In this document: positions 40,057-49,823 of the stretch, piece after piece
Layout: every line of letters begins with the position of its first letter
Numbering within the stretch: the first letter of the stretch is position 1
DNA from: Candidatus Acidiferrum sp.
GTDB lineage: Bacteria; Chloroflexota; Dormibacteria; CF-121
Assembly: GCA_035602395.1 (NCBI GenBank)
Contig: DATNMH010000037.1
Location: 1,378 to 65,377, forward strand
DNA: 64,000 nt
Direction of reading: 5' to 3'
Translations under genes and position numbers: made by a program
Notes under the pieces: model-generated
Database searches by the model: none
Seen by the model: the letters and a program-made list of their open reading frames with translations, nothing else
What the model was told of the DNA's origin: nothing

Positions 40057-40784
40057 CGGGATGTCTTGGGACCTTCGGGTTCGGGCTGGAGGCGCGGCTC
40101 GGGCCGGCCGCCGCCGGCGGTGCTCAGCTCGAGGCGGCCGTCCTTCTTGGCGGCGGCGCCGTCGACATCGCGTGCAGTGCTCACGATGATGTCATCGATG
40201 ATGCCGTACGTCTTGGCTTCGTCCGCGCTCATGAAGAAGTCGCGCTCCGTATCGCGCTCGATCTTCTCGATCGGCTGACCGGTGTGCGTGGCCAGGATGT
40301 CATTGAGCGTTTTGCGGATGCGCAGGATTTCCTGGGCGTGGATCTGGATGTCACTCGCCTGCCCCTGGAAGCCGCCCGACGGCTGATGGATCAGGATGCG
40401 GGTGTTGGGCAACGCGAAACGCATCCCCTTGGTTCCGCCAGCGAGCAGGACCGTGGCCATGCTGGCGGCCAACCCCATGCAGACGGTCGACACGCGCGGG
40501 CTGACGTAGCGCATGGTGTCGTAGATCGCGAGTCCGGCGGTAACGACGCCGCCCGGGCTGTTGATGTAGATGTTGATGTCCTTGTCGGGATCCTCGGAGG
40601 CGAGGAACAGCAGCTGCGCCATGACGACGTTGGCCACCTGGTCGTCGATCGGCGTGCCGATGAAGATAATGCGGTCCTTGAGCAGCCGGGAGTAGATGTC
40701 GAAGGCTCGCTCCCCGCGGTTGGTGGTCTCGATGACCATGGGAATCAGGGCTTCGGGACGCCGGCTGAGCCGTTCGAAATTCAT
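40053..40784 (-). CDS. clpP: ATP-dependent Clp protease proteolytic subunit ClpP (with a ~45-aa C-terminal tail)
   Basis: [22 protein letters not shown]..., catalytic Ser in [16 protein letters not shown]. The ATG at 40784 has an AGGAGA SD. The stop overlaps the clpX start (ATGA). The tail is ...[40 protein letters not shown]. Confidence 0.93.
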
Positions 40785-40866
40785 GCGAGGCTCTCCTGTC
40801 GCCATTATAGGATCCAATTCTTACAATCCAGTCGTCTGCGTACTCACTTTTGAATACGTAGTTCGG

Positions 40867-42288
40867 TCAGCGTTGCTTCTTCCCTTTGGGCTTTTGCTCC
40901 CCGCGTGACGCCGACTTCCCCGCGCCCTCGAGCTCTTTCGCGGCTGGAGGCGGCTCCATTGTATCCGAAGATTCTGGCGATGCCACCGTACTCAAAAAGT
41001 CAATGGTCTTTCGCATCAAAAGCTGGTGCCGAAAGTAGGCACGCACGGGGTCGGCGGTACGGAGATCGCCGTGTTGATGACCGGCGTGATCCTCCTCCGC
41101 CAGGGCGTTGGCGACCGCCTCCTCCACCTCCGCGTCGGAGACCGTCAGCCCTTCGCGCTCGGCCACGGTTTCGAGCGCAAGCTCGAGGCGGACCTTCTGC
41201 ACCGCCTGGGGACGCTGCTCCGCCTGGAGGACATCCAACGAGGTGTTCGTGTACTGAAGATAGCGCTCCATCTTCAGGCCTTGCTCCTCGAGCCGGACCT
41301 CCAGCTCGCGGACGCGCCGGTTGACTTCGCGCTCGATCAGCGCCTCGGGTACCTCGACCTCCATCCGCTCGTCGAGGGCCTTGAGGACGTCGTTCTCGAA
41401 CCGCTGCTCGTCGCCCCGGCTGGCGGCATCCTGAAGTTCTTCGCTGATGTCGTGCCGAAGCTCTTCGAGCGTTTGGCGGGCCGGCGTGTTCGGGCCGGTC
41501 TCACTCGGCGCCATCAGCTGTGGTAGCTCCTCGGCTGGCGGCAACTGGCGTTCCTTGATCGACTTCACGGTGACGCGAAAAACGACGTCAGACCCGGCGA
41601 GATCTTTCTTCGGATAGTCGGCCGGAAGCGTCAAGCGGATATCGCGGGTCTCGCCCTGGGCCTGACCGGTAAGTCCCTCGGCCAACCCCGGAATCAGTCG
41701 TTCCTTGTCCACCTCGAGCTGCGCGTCCGTCTGGCTTTCCCCGATGAGGACGGCGCCCGATTTGACGATGTGGGTGTCAACCGTCAGAAAATCGCCCGCC
41801 TGCACCGGCCGCTCGACGGCATGCAGCTCAGCGTACCGATTGCGCAGCCGCTCGATGGCTTCGTCCACATCGCTATCACCAATCTCGGTTTGCGGCCGAG
41901 GCACCCGGATGTCGTTGTAGTCCTTGAGCGTGATTTCCGGCTTGATCGACACCGTGGCGGTGAACTTCATCGGTTGGCCGCGGTCGAACTGCTGCACCTC
42001 GACCCGGGGTACGTCGATCGGGTCGAGCCCAGCTTCGTCGAGCGCCGAGTTGTAGGCGGTTGGAAGGATCAGGTCGAGCGCCTCCTGACGCAGGGCGGAC
42101 CAGCCGATCTCGCGTTCAACCATCGGTCGCGGCGCCTTGCCCGGCCGGAAGCCAGCAATGCGGACGCGCGGCGCCAGCCGGCCGTACGCCTGGTCGATCG
42201 ACTTCGAAACCTGGTCGGCGTCGACCTCGACCGAGAGGACGACTTGCGAACCAGGCTTGCGCTCGGTGTCGACTTTCACCGCTGCCAC
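40867..42288 (-). CDS. tig: Trigger factor
   Basis: Ribosome-binding signature IAGFRPGKAP and a central FKBP-like PPIase segment. Gene order is tig-clpP-clpX. GTG start. Confidence 0.93.
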   Translation of the reverse strand: MAAVKVDTERKPGSQVVLSVEVDADQVSKSIDQAYGRLAPRVRIAGFRPGKAPRPMVEREIGWSALRQEALDLILPTAYNSALDEAGLDPIDVPRVEVQQFDRGQPMKFTATVSIKPEITLKDYNDIRVPRPQTEIGDSDVDEAIERLRNRYAELHAVERPVQAGDFLTVDTHIVKSGAVLIGESQTDAQLEVDKERLIPGLAEGLTGQAQGETRDIRLTLPADYPKKDLAGSDVVFRVTVKSIKERQLPPAEELPQLMAPSETGPNTPARQTLEELRHDISEELQDAASRGDEQRFENDVLKALDERMEVEVPEALIEREVNRRVRELEVRLEEQGLKMERYLQYTNTSLDVLQAEQRPQAVQKVRLELALETVAEREGLTVSDAEVEEAVANALAEEDHAGHQHGDLRTADPVRAYFRHQLLMRKTIDFLSTVASPESSDTMEPPPAAKELEGAGKSASRGEQKPKGKKQR

Positions 42289-42364
42289 GGAGACTTACGC
42301 TACCAGTTCCCCGGATCGCCGCCAACGTCCAACAGCCCCTTGCTATCGAGTGGTCTTTCAAGGC

Positions 42365-42449
42365 TGGTGCGGGCGAAGGGACTCGAACCCTTATGGCTTA
42401 CGCCACACGGTCCTAAGCCGTGCGCCTGTACCAATTCGGCTACGCCCGC
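42365..42449 (-). tRNA. tRNA-Leu (anticodon UAG), long variable arm, CCA encoded
   Basis: Reverse complement is GCGGGCG TA GCCGAATTGGTACAGGCG CACGG CTTAGGA CCGTG TGGCGTAAGCCAT AAGGG TTCGAGT CCCTT CGCCCGC A CCA. Confidence 0.9.
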
Positions 42450-42484
42450 AGGCCCCATGAATATTAGCGACGTAAGATCGCCAC

Positions 42485-43387
42485 GTGGCTCCGTTGACGA
42501 TCTCGCCCGACCTGCAGCACGCGCGCCAGAGTGGCAAGCCGATCGTGGCGCTCGAGTCGGCGGTGATCACCCACGGCCTGCCCAAGGCGGCGGCGATGGA
42601 GGCGGTTCGCCGGCAGTGGGTGGCCTGCGCCGAAGCTGGGGCGACACCCGCGGTGGTCGCGGTCTTCGACGGCACGCTCCGGGTCGGTCTGTCGCTCGAC
42701 GATTGCGCCGTCCTCGCGGCGCGCCGCGACGCCGTCAAGGTCTCACCCTGGAACCTGGCATCGGCCATCACGAATCCAGGCTTTGGCGGCACGACGGTCG
42801 CCGCCACGATTGCGGCCGCAGCGCTGGCAGGTATTCCGGTCGTCAGCACCGGCGGCATCGGTGGTGTCCACCCCGGACGCGACGGCCAGGATGTCTCGGC
42901 GGACCTGAGCGAGCTCAGCCGGCGCGCCGTCTGCGTCGTCTGCGCCGGCCCCAAGTCGACGCTCGACGCCGGAGCCACGCTGGAGCGCCTCGAGACGCTC
43001 GGTGTGCCGGTCATCGGCTGGCAGTCGTCACTGCTCGCCGGGTTCCTCGCGACGTCGGCCGGGCTGCGCCTTCCGATCCGAGCCGATACGGTCGACGAGC
43101 TGGCCTCGATCCTTCGGGCTCACTGGGCGTTGGGCGGCGCCGGCGCGGTCGTGAGCCAGCCACTCACGTCAGACCTCGCGATTCCGATCGCCGAGCTGGG
43201 CGCGGACGAGTCGGCGCCGGTTCGAGGCCCGGATCGCACGCCGGCCGAGCTGAGCCGGCTGCAGGCCCGACTCGGCGACCGGGTCATCCAGGCCAATGTG
43301 GCGCTGCTCGAACGAAACGCCGCGCTGGCTGGGGCGCTGGCCGTCGCCCTTGTTCGCCTTCAGGTGGCAGCTCCCGCCCATGGCTGA
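42485..43387 (+). CDS. psuG: Pseudouridine-5'-phosphate glycosidase (IndA/PsuG family)
   Basis: GKPIVALESAVITHGLP, GGTTVAATIAAA, VVSTGGIGGVH and VCAGPKSTLD motifs. GTG start. Confidence 0.88.
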   Translation: MAPLTISPDLQHARQSGKPIVALESAVITHGLPKAAAMEAVRRQWVACAEAGATPAVVAVFDGTLRVGLSLDDCAVLAARRDAVKVSPWNLASAITNPGFGGTTVAATIAAAALAGIPVVSTGGIGGVHPGRDGQDVSADLSELSRRAVCVVCAGPKSTLDAGATLERLETLGVPVIGWQSSLLAGFLATSAGLRLPIRADTVDELASILRAHWALGGAGAVVSQPLTSDLAIPIAELGADESAPVRGPDRTPAELSRLQARLGDRVIQANVALLERNAALAGALAVALVRLQVAAPAHG

Positions 43388-43583
43388 CCTGCCACCGACC
43401 GAGGAGCAGCTCCGCCGGCTGAAGAACACGGTGATGGGCGCTGGCTATCGCCTCTCCGAGCTGGCCCGGTTGGGCGAGCTACACGCGGGTGCTGCTACGG
43501 AACTCGCCTCGATTAGCCGCGATCTGAACGAGGCGGTCGGGCGGTTAGAGCGGCTGCTGGCCGCCCTCCAGCGTGATCGGTAG
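43380..43583 (+). CDS. Small helical hypothetical protein (67 aa)
   Basis: The ATG at 43380 overlaps the psuG end. MADLPPTEEQLRRLKNTVMGAGYRLSELARLGELHAG...LERLLAALQRDR looks coiled-coil-like. No family was recognised. Confidence 0.35.
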   Translation: MADLPPTEEQLRRLKNTVMGAGYRLSELARLGELHAGAATELASISRDLNEAVGRLERLLAALQRDR

Positions 43584-43919
43584 CGGTTCGGGCTTGAGCG
43601 CGCGGTAGACGGCCGCCGCCGCGCCGATCGCCACGATCAAGCAGGCCGCTGCGGCGGTAAAGAGGGCGATGACGATCAGCGGCGACGTGTTATGGCCGGC
43701 GGTGAGATAGAGCCCCGCCGCCAGCGTCCAGAAACCGGTCAGGGCGACCGCCAGCCGGGCCCAGATCGGGGCCGCCTTCCGGTAGCGCTCGTGCGTGCCG
43801 AGCTGCATCGGAAGCCGCTCCGACCAATTCGGCCGAAACGCCCACGCCGCCGCTAGCGCTGCCCATGAGGCGGCGTTGAGCAGGGCAAAAACGGTCAGGA
43901 ATCCCCGCAGCAAATCCAT
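43545..43919 (-). CDS. Small membrane protein (4 hydrophobic segments), hypothetical
   Basis: 124 aa: MDLLRGFLTVFALLNAASWAALAAAWAF...WARLAVALTGFWTLAAGLYL...LIVIALFTAAAACLIVAIGAAAA. Confidence 0.5.
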   Translation of the reverse strand: MDLLRGFLTVFALLNAASWAALAAAWAFRPNWSERLPMQLGTHERYRKAAPIWARLAVALTGFWTLAAGLYLTAGHNTSPLIVIALFTAAAACLIVAIGAAAAVYRALKPEPLPITLEGGQQPL

Positions 43920-43948
43920 ACCGAAATAACGTCGGCAACTCCCCTTCC

Positions 43949-45001
43949 CTACGGCCGGTCGCCGGCCGCCGGTGACGGCTTCCGCTCGTCCAGGACGGCG
44001 CGGAGCCGGTCGGCGGATTCCTCCGCGAGGGTGTCGTTGATAAAGACCCCGGCGCCCGATTCCGAACCCGCCAGGTATTTCGGTTTCGCCCGCTCGCGGA
44101 GGATCGGATAGAACTCGACGTGCAGGTGCGCCTGCTCGGTCACCTCCGCCGGCGATTGGTGCATCGCCATCATGTAGGGCATCGGCACCTCGAAAAGGCG
44201 ATCGTAGGCGCGCGTGATCCGCTGCATCGCGACCAGCAGCGCCCGGCGACCCCCGGGCGAAAGGTCGGGAAGCGCCGGCCGATGCGCCCGCGGCGCCACG
44301 TGCACCTCGTAAGGCCAGCGGGCGTACCCGGGAACGTACGCGACCAGGCCGCCCTCGTTAATCAGCACCCGGTGCCGCGCTTTCAGTTCGTCGGCGACCA
44401 GCTCGCATTGCAGGCATTCGCCGGTGCGGCGAGCCAGCTCGCTCGCCGCCACCGGCGGGACGAAGGGGTATGCATAAATCTGCCCGTGTGGGTGGTGCAG
44501 CGTGACTCCGACCTGTTCGCCACGGTTTTCGAAGATGTAGACGTACTTGATGCCCCGGCGAGCGCTCAGGTCCCGATAGCGATCGGTCCAGACCTCGGCC
44601 AGTCGCTCGAGGCGTGATGCGGGCAGCGTCGCAAACGATCCCTCGTGCTCGTCGGTATAGACGACGACTTCACAAATGCCGCCTGCCGGCGGCCAGGGCA
44701 CCATCGCCGGAAAGCGATTCTCGAAAACGGCGGCCTCGTACGCGGCGGCCGGAATCTCGGTCGAGTGCCCCGGTCGCGAGGGGCACAATGGGCAATCAGC
44801 GCGATCCGGTAGAAACGTCCGCCCCTGGCGCGACGCCGCCACGAGCACCCATTCGCGGCGTAGCGGGTTCCAGCGACGCTCGTAGACGCCGTTGGGCATC
44901 GCCGGTGCCTGGTAGCCCGCGGGTGCCGGGGCCAAGTCGCCGTAAAGGTGAACGTGCCGGCCGTCCGGCTGGACGATGTCGGTGCGGGCCGCGCGCGGCA
45001 T
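43949..45001 (-). CDS. galT: Galactose-1-phosphate uridylyltransferase (GalT, HIT superfamily)
   Basis: Zinc site CPLCP, ..FENRG...GVTLHHPHGQIYAYPFVPP (HxHxQ active site), and a second half-domain ...AHLHVEFYP. Confidence 0.88.
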   Translation of the reverse strand: MPRAARTDIVQPDGRHVHLYGDLAPAPAGYQAPAMPNGVYERRWNPLRREWVLVAASRQGRTFLPDRADCPLCPSRPGHSTEIPAAAYEAAVFENRFPAMVPWPPAGGICEVVVYTDEHEGSFATLPASRLERLAEVWTDRYRDLSARRGIKYVYIFENRGEQVGVTLHHPHGQIYAYPFVPPVAASELARRTGECLQCELVADELKARHRVLINEGGLVAYVPGYARWPYEVHVAPRAHRPALPDLSPGGRRALLVAMQRITRAYDRLFEVPMPYMMAMHQSPAEVTEQAHLHVEFYPILRERAKPKYLAGSESGAGVFINDTLAEESADRLRAVLDERKPSPAAGDRP

Positions 45002-45131
45002 CGCGACGAATCATAGGGCGAGCGCTTGGATTTCCCCCAAAAGTACGGATCGGCGGATCTGACTGGGTGATGCCGAAAACGCCAACGCACCGCATGCTCG
45101 ATCTACCTCTTCATTTAGCAAGGAGTACGAC

Positions 45132-46226
45132 ATGGCAGACAATCTGGCGGTGGCGGACAAACTGGCGGTGATGGCGAACTCGCCTGCGGACTATCAACGT
45201 TTGGGCCTATCGCCCACCTCGATCGCGCCGTGGGAGGATGGCGCTCGCACCGATGACTCGGCGGGAACCTACGAATGGTGGTACTTCGACGCGCATCTAA
45301 CCGATGGGGCGAAGCTGGTCGTTTCGTTCATGAACAAGGACATCGCGACGCCGGAGAAGCCGCTATCCCCACTGCTTCGGCTGAATCTCGATCTTCCCGA
45401 CGGGCGACACTTCGAGAAGCTCGTGCACTATCCGCCGAGCGAATGGTCGGCGGCCAAGGATCAGGCCGATGTGCGCCTCGGCGAGAACCGATTCACGGGT
45501 GACCTGCACCGCTATCACATCCAGGCGACGGCCGAGGAGATCTCGGTCGATATCACCTTGACTGGCGAGGTTCCTCCATGGCGCCCGTCGACCGGATACA
45601 TGCTGTTCGGTGCGGATCGGTCGCTCGAATTCGCCTGGCTTCCCTCAGTGCCCGAGGGTGCGGTCACGGTCACCTACTCGGTTGGCGGCGAGCGCCACGA
45701 GACGACGGGCGTCGGCTACCACGACCACAACTGGGGCAATGTCGGTCTGATGAAGGTGGTGCACGACTGGTACTGGGCTCGCGGTCAGGCCGGACCGTAT
45801 TCCGTCATCGCCTCCTACATCACCTCCGCGAAAATGTACGGGTTCGAGCCGCTTCCGATCTTCATGCTCGCCCGTGACAACCTTCTCGTCGGCGACGACC
45901 CGGCCAAGGTCACCTTCGAACGCGAAGGGGTCTACACCGATCAGAAGACCGGCAAGCCGGTCGCGGGGACGACGCGCTATTCCTACCGGGACGGCGAGGA
46001 GCGATACGTGGTGTCGTTTACCCGCACCCACGACCTGTCGATAAACCGGATGATCGACACCATCACGGGCGTTAAGCGCATCGCCGCCAGGCTGGCGCAG
46101 TTCGACGGGGCCTACCTGCGATTCGTCGGTAACCTCGAGATCTCACGGTATCGGGGTGATGAGCTCGTCGAGACGCACAAGGACGACGCGATCTGGGAAT
46201 TGATGTACTTCGGCCATGCCCGCTGA
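45132..46226 (+). CDS. CrtC/AttH-like (carotenoid 1,2-hydratase family-like) lipocalin-fold protein
   Basis: 364 aa with an AAGGAG SD. The N-terminal GTYEWWYFDAHLTDGAKLVVSF and the later GVGYHDHNWG resemble the hydroxyneurosporene-synthase-like family as I recall it. The assignment is tentative. Confidence 0.45.
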   Translation: MADNLAVADKLAVMANSPADYQRLGLSPTSIAPWEDGARTDDSAGTYEWWYFDAHLTDGAKLVVSFMNKDIATPEKPLSPLLRLNLDLPDGRHFEKLVHYPPSEWSAAKDQADVRLGENRFTGDLHRYHIQATAEEISVDITLTGEVPPWRPSTGYMLFGADRSLEFAWLPSVPEGAVTVTYSVGGERHETTGVGYHDHNWGNVGLMKVVHDWYWARGQAGPYSVIASYITSAKMYGFEPLPIFMLARDNLLVGDDPAKVTFEREGVYTDQKTGKPVAGTTRYSYRDGEERYVVSFTRTHDLSINRMIDTITGVKRIAARLAQFDGAYLRFVGNLEISRYRGDELVETHKDDAIWELMYFGHAR

Positions 46227-46251
46227 GGGCGCCACAACGCCAAAGAAGAAG

Positions 46252-46325
46252 TGCGCCCAGGAGGATTTGAACCCCCGCACCCGGGTCCGTAGCCCGGTGC
46301 TCTATCCAGGCTGAGCTATGGGCGC
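46252..46325 (-). tRNA. tRNA-Arg (anticodon ACG), CCA not encoded
   Basis: Reverse complement is GCGCCCA TA GCTC AGCCTGGATA GAGC A CCGGG CTACGGA CCCGG GTGC GGGGG TTCAAAT CCTCC TGGGCGC A, followed by CTT rather than CCA. Confidence 0.88.
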
Positions 46326-46339
46326 ATCGCGGAGAGGCC

Positions 46340-46951
46340 CTATTGTAGATCGAAGGTCGTCAGCGTCGTGTAGCGCGGGGGTCCACCGCCCAACTGACTC
46401 CGGATAAGCCGAACCTGGGCCACGGGAACATCGCCGAAGCGCGCCGCTTCCCATCGACTGGTCCAGTCGCGCAGCACGGGCCGCTCTGGGGGCTTGAGCG
46501 GCCGGCGGACCCGGCCCAACGTGAGATGTGGACGGAACCGCTCTCCTTCGAGAGTCACGCCAGTGGTTCGCAGCGCGTTACCCAGCTCCGCCTGCAACGC
46601 GGTCAACCGTGGCAGCTCGGCCCCAGTGATGCCGGCCCAGAGCACCCGCGGGCGAGCAATCGTCGGAAACGCGCCCACACCCTGCGCCACCAAGCCAAAA
46701 CGATGATGGCGCGCGACGACGGCACCGAGCGGCGGCGCCAACTGCTCGACAACCAGACGAGGCAGGTGTCCGAGGAAATGCAGGGTCAGATGCATTCGCT
46801 CAACCGGGTTGATTCGAATCGACTCATGGAGCTGCTGCAGCGCCTCGAGCGGGCTGGTCAGCTTGTGGCGGACGGCGTCCGGAATTTCGATCGCGAGAAA
46901 GACGCGCCAGCGTTCACCCTCATCCGCCGGCATGGCGGGCAACCTTGACAT
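46340..46951 (-). CDS. thpR: RNA 2',3'-cyclic phosphodiesterase (ThpR/LigT, 2H family)
   Basis: Two HxT motifs, HLTLHFLG and HLTLGRV, at the spacing typical of 2H phosphoesterases. Confidence 0.85.
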   Translation of the reverse strand: MSRLPAMPADEGERWRVFLAIEIPDAVRHKLTSPLEALQQLHESIRINPVERMHLTLHFLGHLPRLVVEQLAPPLGAVVARHHRFGLVAQGVGAFPTIARPRVLWAGITGAELPRLTALQAELGNALRTTGVTLEGERFRPHLTLGRVRRPLKPPERPVLRDWTSRWEAARFGDVPVAQVRLIRSQLGGGPPRYTTLTTFDLQ

Positions 46952-47789
46952 CGATCTTGCCGGCGCGCCGGAGCGCCGCCTCTCGGTCGTCGATGAACTT
47001 GGTGAACCAGGTGGGCGTGCCCAACGGCCCGAACGAGTCGACGGCAGGCGCGAGGACGAGGATGACCGCGAGGTGGACCTGATCGGTGCGTCGTTCGAGC
47101 ACGGTGGCGATCACGTCACCGCGATTCGTCTGTATGATGCCGGTCACACTTCCGGCCGCGAGCGACTGCACCGCCGCCGCGAGCGCGGGCTCCGGGATCC
47201 CGGCCGGCTTCAACCAGCCGGCGTCGCCGCCTCGAGAGAACGTCCCCGTGTCATCGCTCCAGCGCGCCGCGACCGCGGTGAAGGTGCGTCCGGACTTCAG
47301 CTCCTGCGCCGCTGTGCCGGCCCGGTCCTTTGCCATCGCCTGGATCAGCGCCACCTCGGTGAGCAAGGTGCGCTCGTAAGCGCCGAAGCTGTCGTTGGTA
47401 AACCCGTTTCGGCTCAGCGCCGCGCTGAAGGCAGCGGCACCGGCGCGAGCGCGCAGCGCATCGATCCGGGACTGCACTGCGTGGTCACTGACCGAAAGGC
47501 CACGCTTCTCGGCCTCCTGACGCACGATCTCTTCGCGAACTAACTGCTCGATCGTGAAGTCCTCGAGGCGCTGCGTGGGCGCAGGGCTCGGGATCGCCTC
47601 CGGGATGCCCGCGAATGGGTCGCGATGGCGGCTCACGCCGAGACGGGCCTGGTAGGCCTTCATTGAAATCTCGTGTCCATCGACGACAGCTGCCGCAGGC
47701 TCGGAGAGGGCGGCGGCCGGAACGTCGCAGGCACTCAAGGCGCCGCCAAGAACCAGGAGGAGGACCACGCGCCGCAAGGCGGCACCCAT
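46920..47789 (-). CDS. Parvulin-type peptidyl-prolyl isomerase lipoprotein (PrsA/SurA-like)
   Basis: The ATG at 47789 (MGAALRRVVLLLVLGGALSAC, lipobox) overlaps the upstream stop (TAATG). There is a SurA-N-like helical region, then a parvulin core ...FSRGGDAGWLKP...TGIIQTNRGDVIATVLER. Confidence 0.75.
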   Translation of the reverse strand: MGAALRRVVLLLVLGGALSACDVPAAALSEPAAAVVDGHEISMKAYQARLGVSRHRDPFAGIPEAIPSPAPTQRLEDFTIEQLVREEIVRQEAEKRGLSVSDHAVQSRIDALRARAGAAAFSAALSRNGFTNDSFGAYERTLLTEVALIQAMAKDRAGTAAQELKSGRTFTAVAARWSDDTGTFSRGGDAGWLKPAGIPEPALAAAVQSLAAGSVTGIIQTNRGDVIATVLERRTDQVHLAVILVLAPAVDSFGPLGTPTWFTKFIDDREAALRRAGKIDVKVARHAGG

Positions 47790-48889
47790 TAGATCACGTT
47801 TCGCTCTGGCTGCAGGCCGCCGGCGGCAAAGCGATCGGGGGCAAAGGCTCGCAGCTCGGCGGTCGGGGATCCGTCTGTCATCCACGTCGCCAGCCATCGG
47901 CCGACCACGGGCGCCATCATGAACCCGTGGCCGGAAAAGCCGGCCGCAATCCATAGGCCGGGTTGCAGCGGACCAATCAATGGCTGGAAGTCGGGCGTGT
48001 TCTCGTACAGCCCCGCCCAAGCGGACTTGACAGGCGCGTCGAGCAGCAGCGGCCAGCGTCGCTCGGCGACGGCGGTGATGCGCTCGAGAAATGACCAGTC
48101 GACCGCTGTGTCGTAGCCCGGCGGCGCGGCGGGGTCGCTCATGCCGAACAGCACGCCGTCCCCTTCCGGGTGGAAATAGAACGAGGTGTGGAAGTCGATC
48201 GTCATCGGACTCCGGCGGCCGAGCCCATCAAAAGGCTCCGTCACGAAGGCCTGGCGACGGGATGGCTCGATCGGCAGCGCCAGACCGAGCATGGCGCCCA
48301 CCGGGGCAGACCAGGGGCCGGCGCAGATCACGGTGTCGGCGCATGCAATCTCAGCGGCACCGGTCCGGATGCCGCGCACCGCTCCACCCCCGGTGAGGAA
48401 TCCGTCCAGCGGCGTGTCCTCGAGGATGACCGCGCCCAGGCGCCGCGCGGCGTTCGCGTAACCGTAGGTCACTTCGTTCGGGCCCGCGAGCCCGTCGCTC
48501 GGACAAAAGGTGGCGCCGCTAAGGTCGTCCGTCCGAAGCCCCGGCACCATCGCACGCGCCTCCGCCGGAGTGAGCTCGACCACGTCCTCCATCCCGAGTC
48601 GACGCTGGAGCCGAACGCCATCAGCGAAGCGCTGCCGCTCATCGTCGGTCGTCAATAAGAAGAGGTATCCGACCTGGCGAAAGTCCGCGGTCTGGCCGGT
48701 TTCCGCCACGAAATTTGCGAGGACGCGCTTCGCCTCCATTCCGATACGGATGTTGACCTCCGTAGAGAACTGGGCCCGAATGCCGCCGGCGGCGGCAGCG
48801 GTCGCACCCTGACCGATCTTGCCCCGATCGATGACGATGACCCGCCGTCCGGCGCGGGCCAGGTGATAGGCCAGGCTGCAACCCATCAC
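47789..48889 (-). CDS. FAD-dependent oxidoreductase (DAO / sarcosine-oxidase-beta-like family)
   Basis: (DVAVVGAG)VMGCSLAYHLARAGRRVIVIDRG...GATAAAAGGIR... The first canonical start (GTG 48889) falls inside the GxGxxG motif. The in-frame codons for DVAVVGAG lie upstream without a start codon (see findings). Confidence 0.8.
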   Translation of the reverse strand: MMGCSLAYHLARAGRRVIVIDRGKIGQGATAAAAGGIRAQFSTEVNIRIGMEAKRVLANFVAETGQTADFRQVGYLFLLTTDDERQRFADGVRLQRRLGMEDVVELTPAEARAMVPGLRTDDLSGATFCPSDGLAGPNEVTYGYANAARRLGAVILEDTPLDGFLTGGGAVRGIRTGAAEIACADTVICAGPWSAPVGAMLGLALPIEPSRRQAFVTEPFDGLGRRSPMTIDFHTSFYFHPEGDGVLFGMSDPAAPPGYDTAVDWSFLERITAVAERRWPLLLDAPVKSAWAGLYENTPDFQPLIGPLQPGLWIAAGFSGHGFMMAPVVGRWLATWMTDGSPTAELRAFAPDRFAAGGLQPERNVI

Positions 48890-48911
48890 GCCGGCGCCAA
48901 CGACGGCTACA

Positions 48912-49823
48912 TCAGGCGGTTGTTCCGAGCTTCACCATCCCGATGTATTCGAAGATGAACTTCAGCGCCGCCAGGCTGGTGACGTACCCGACATCGAGCG
49001 GCGGCGCGACCTCATCGACGTCGAGCCCGGCGAGCCGCACGCCGCGGAGCTGGCGAAGGAAGTCGAGCAGCTCGCGCGAGGTGAGCCCGCCCGCCGAGGG
49101 GACGCCGGTGCCGGGCGCGATCGATGGATCGAGCGAGTCGATGTCGAGCGAGATGTGCAGCGCATCGCTGCCGATGCGCGAGCCGATCTCGTCGGCGAGC
49201 TGACTGCCGGTCCAGCGATGCGCGGTGGCAGCGGGGATCAGGGTGATGCCCATCTTCCGAATGAACTCGACCTCCTCCCAGTCGTAGTCCCGGCATCCCA
49301 GCAGCGTGACTTTCCTGGGGTCGATCTGGCCGAGCTCCAGGCCGCGCCGCAAGGCGCAGCCATTAGACCAGCGGCTATGTCGCGAGGAATCATTCAAATC
49401 AGGATGCGCGTCAATGTAAAGGATGCTCATCCGTCCGTTGAGGCGGCGTTGCTGCGCGATCAGGGTCGGGCTCGCGGTCGTGTGGTCGCCACCGAGCACG
49501 ATCGGCAAGGTCCCCTCCGGCGTCTTTTCGATTTCCTTGGCGACCGCGTCGACGTTCACGCCCATGTCTCCATCGACGAGGGTCAGGTCGCCATCGTCCT
49601 GAACAGTGACCGTGTCGAACAGCTCCGCTTGCTCACTGACCGGCGCAAAGATGGCCGAGAGCTTTCGTAGCTCGGCTGGCGCCTTCGCGGCACCGGGCCG
49701 GTACACCGAACCGCGATCCATCGGCACGCCGAGGATGCGGATATCGGGCGCTTTACCGGCGGGTGCTAGCGGGAGGCCGCCCCAGGGTTTGAGCCCCGTC
49801 GTGTTGAAATCGTGCTCGCTCAC
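48912..49823 (-). CDS. Ureohydrolase (agmatinase/arginase/guanidino-acid hydrolase family)
   Basis: Mn-binding motifs IVLGGDHTTASP, YIDAHPDLND and HISLDIDSLDPSIAPGTG. The GTG start at 49823 overlaps the upstream stop (GTGA). The upstream part of the 380-aa track ORF is Arg-rich and overlaps the hydrolase gene. Confidence 0.85.
   Translation of the reverse strand: MSEHDFNTTGLKPWGGLPLAPAGKAPDIRILGVPMDRGSVYRPGAAKAPAELRKLSAIFAPVSEQAELFDTVTVQDDGDLTLVDGDMGVNVDAVAKEIEKTPEGTLPIVLGGDHTTASPTLIAQQRRLNGRMSILYIDAHPDLNDSSRHSRWSNGCALRRGLELGQIDPRKVTLLGCRDYDWEEVEFIRKMGITLIPAATAHRWTGSQLADEIGSRIGSDALHISLDIDSLDPSIAPGTGVPSAGGLTSRELLDFLRQLRGVRLAGLDVDEVAPPLDVGYVTSLAALKFIFEYIGMVKLGTTA

Noticed and set aside
41770-43422. 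550-aa plus-strand ORF spanning tig (antisense), tRNA-Leu and psuG (alternative frame)
   Set aside because: It crosses a tRNA gene and two well-supported genes and is Arg/Gly/Pro-rich, so it is an artefact.
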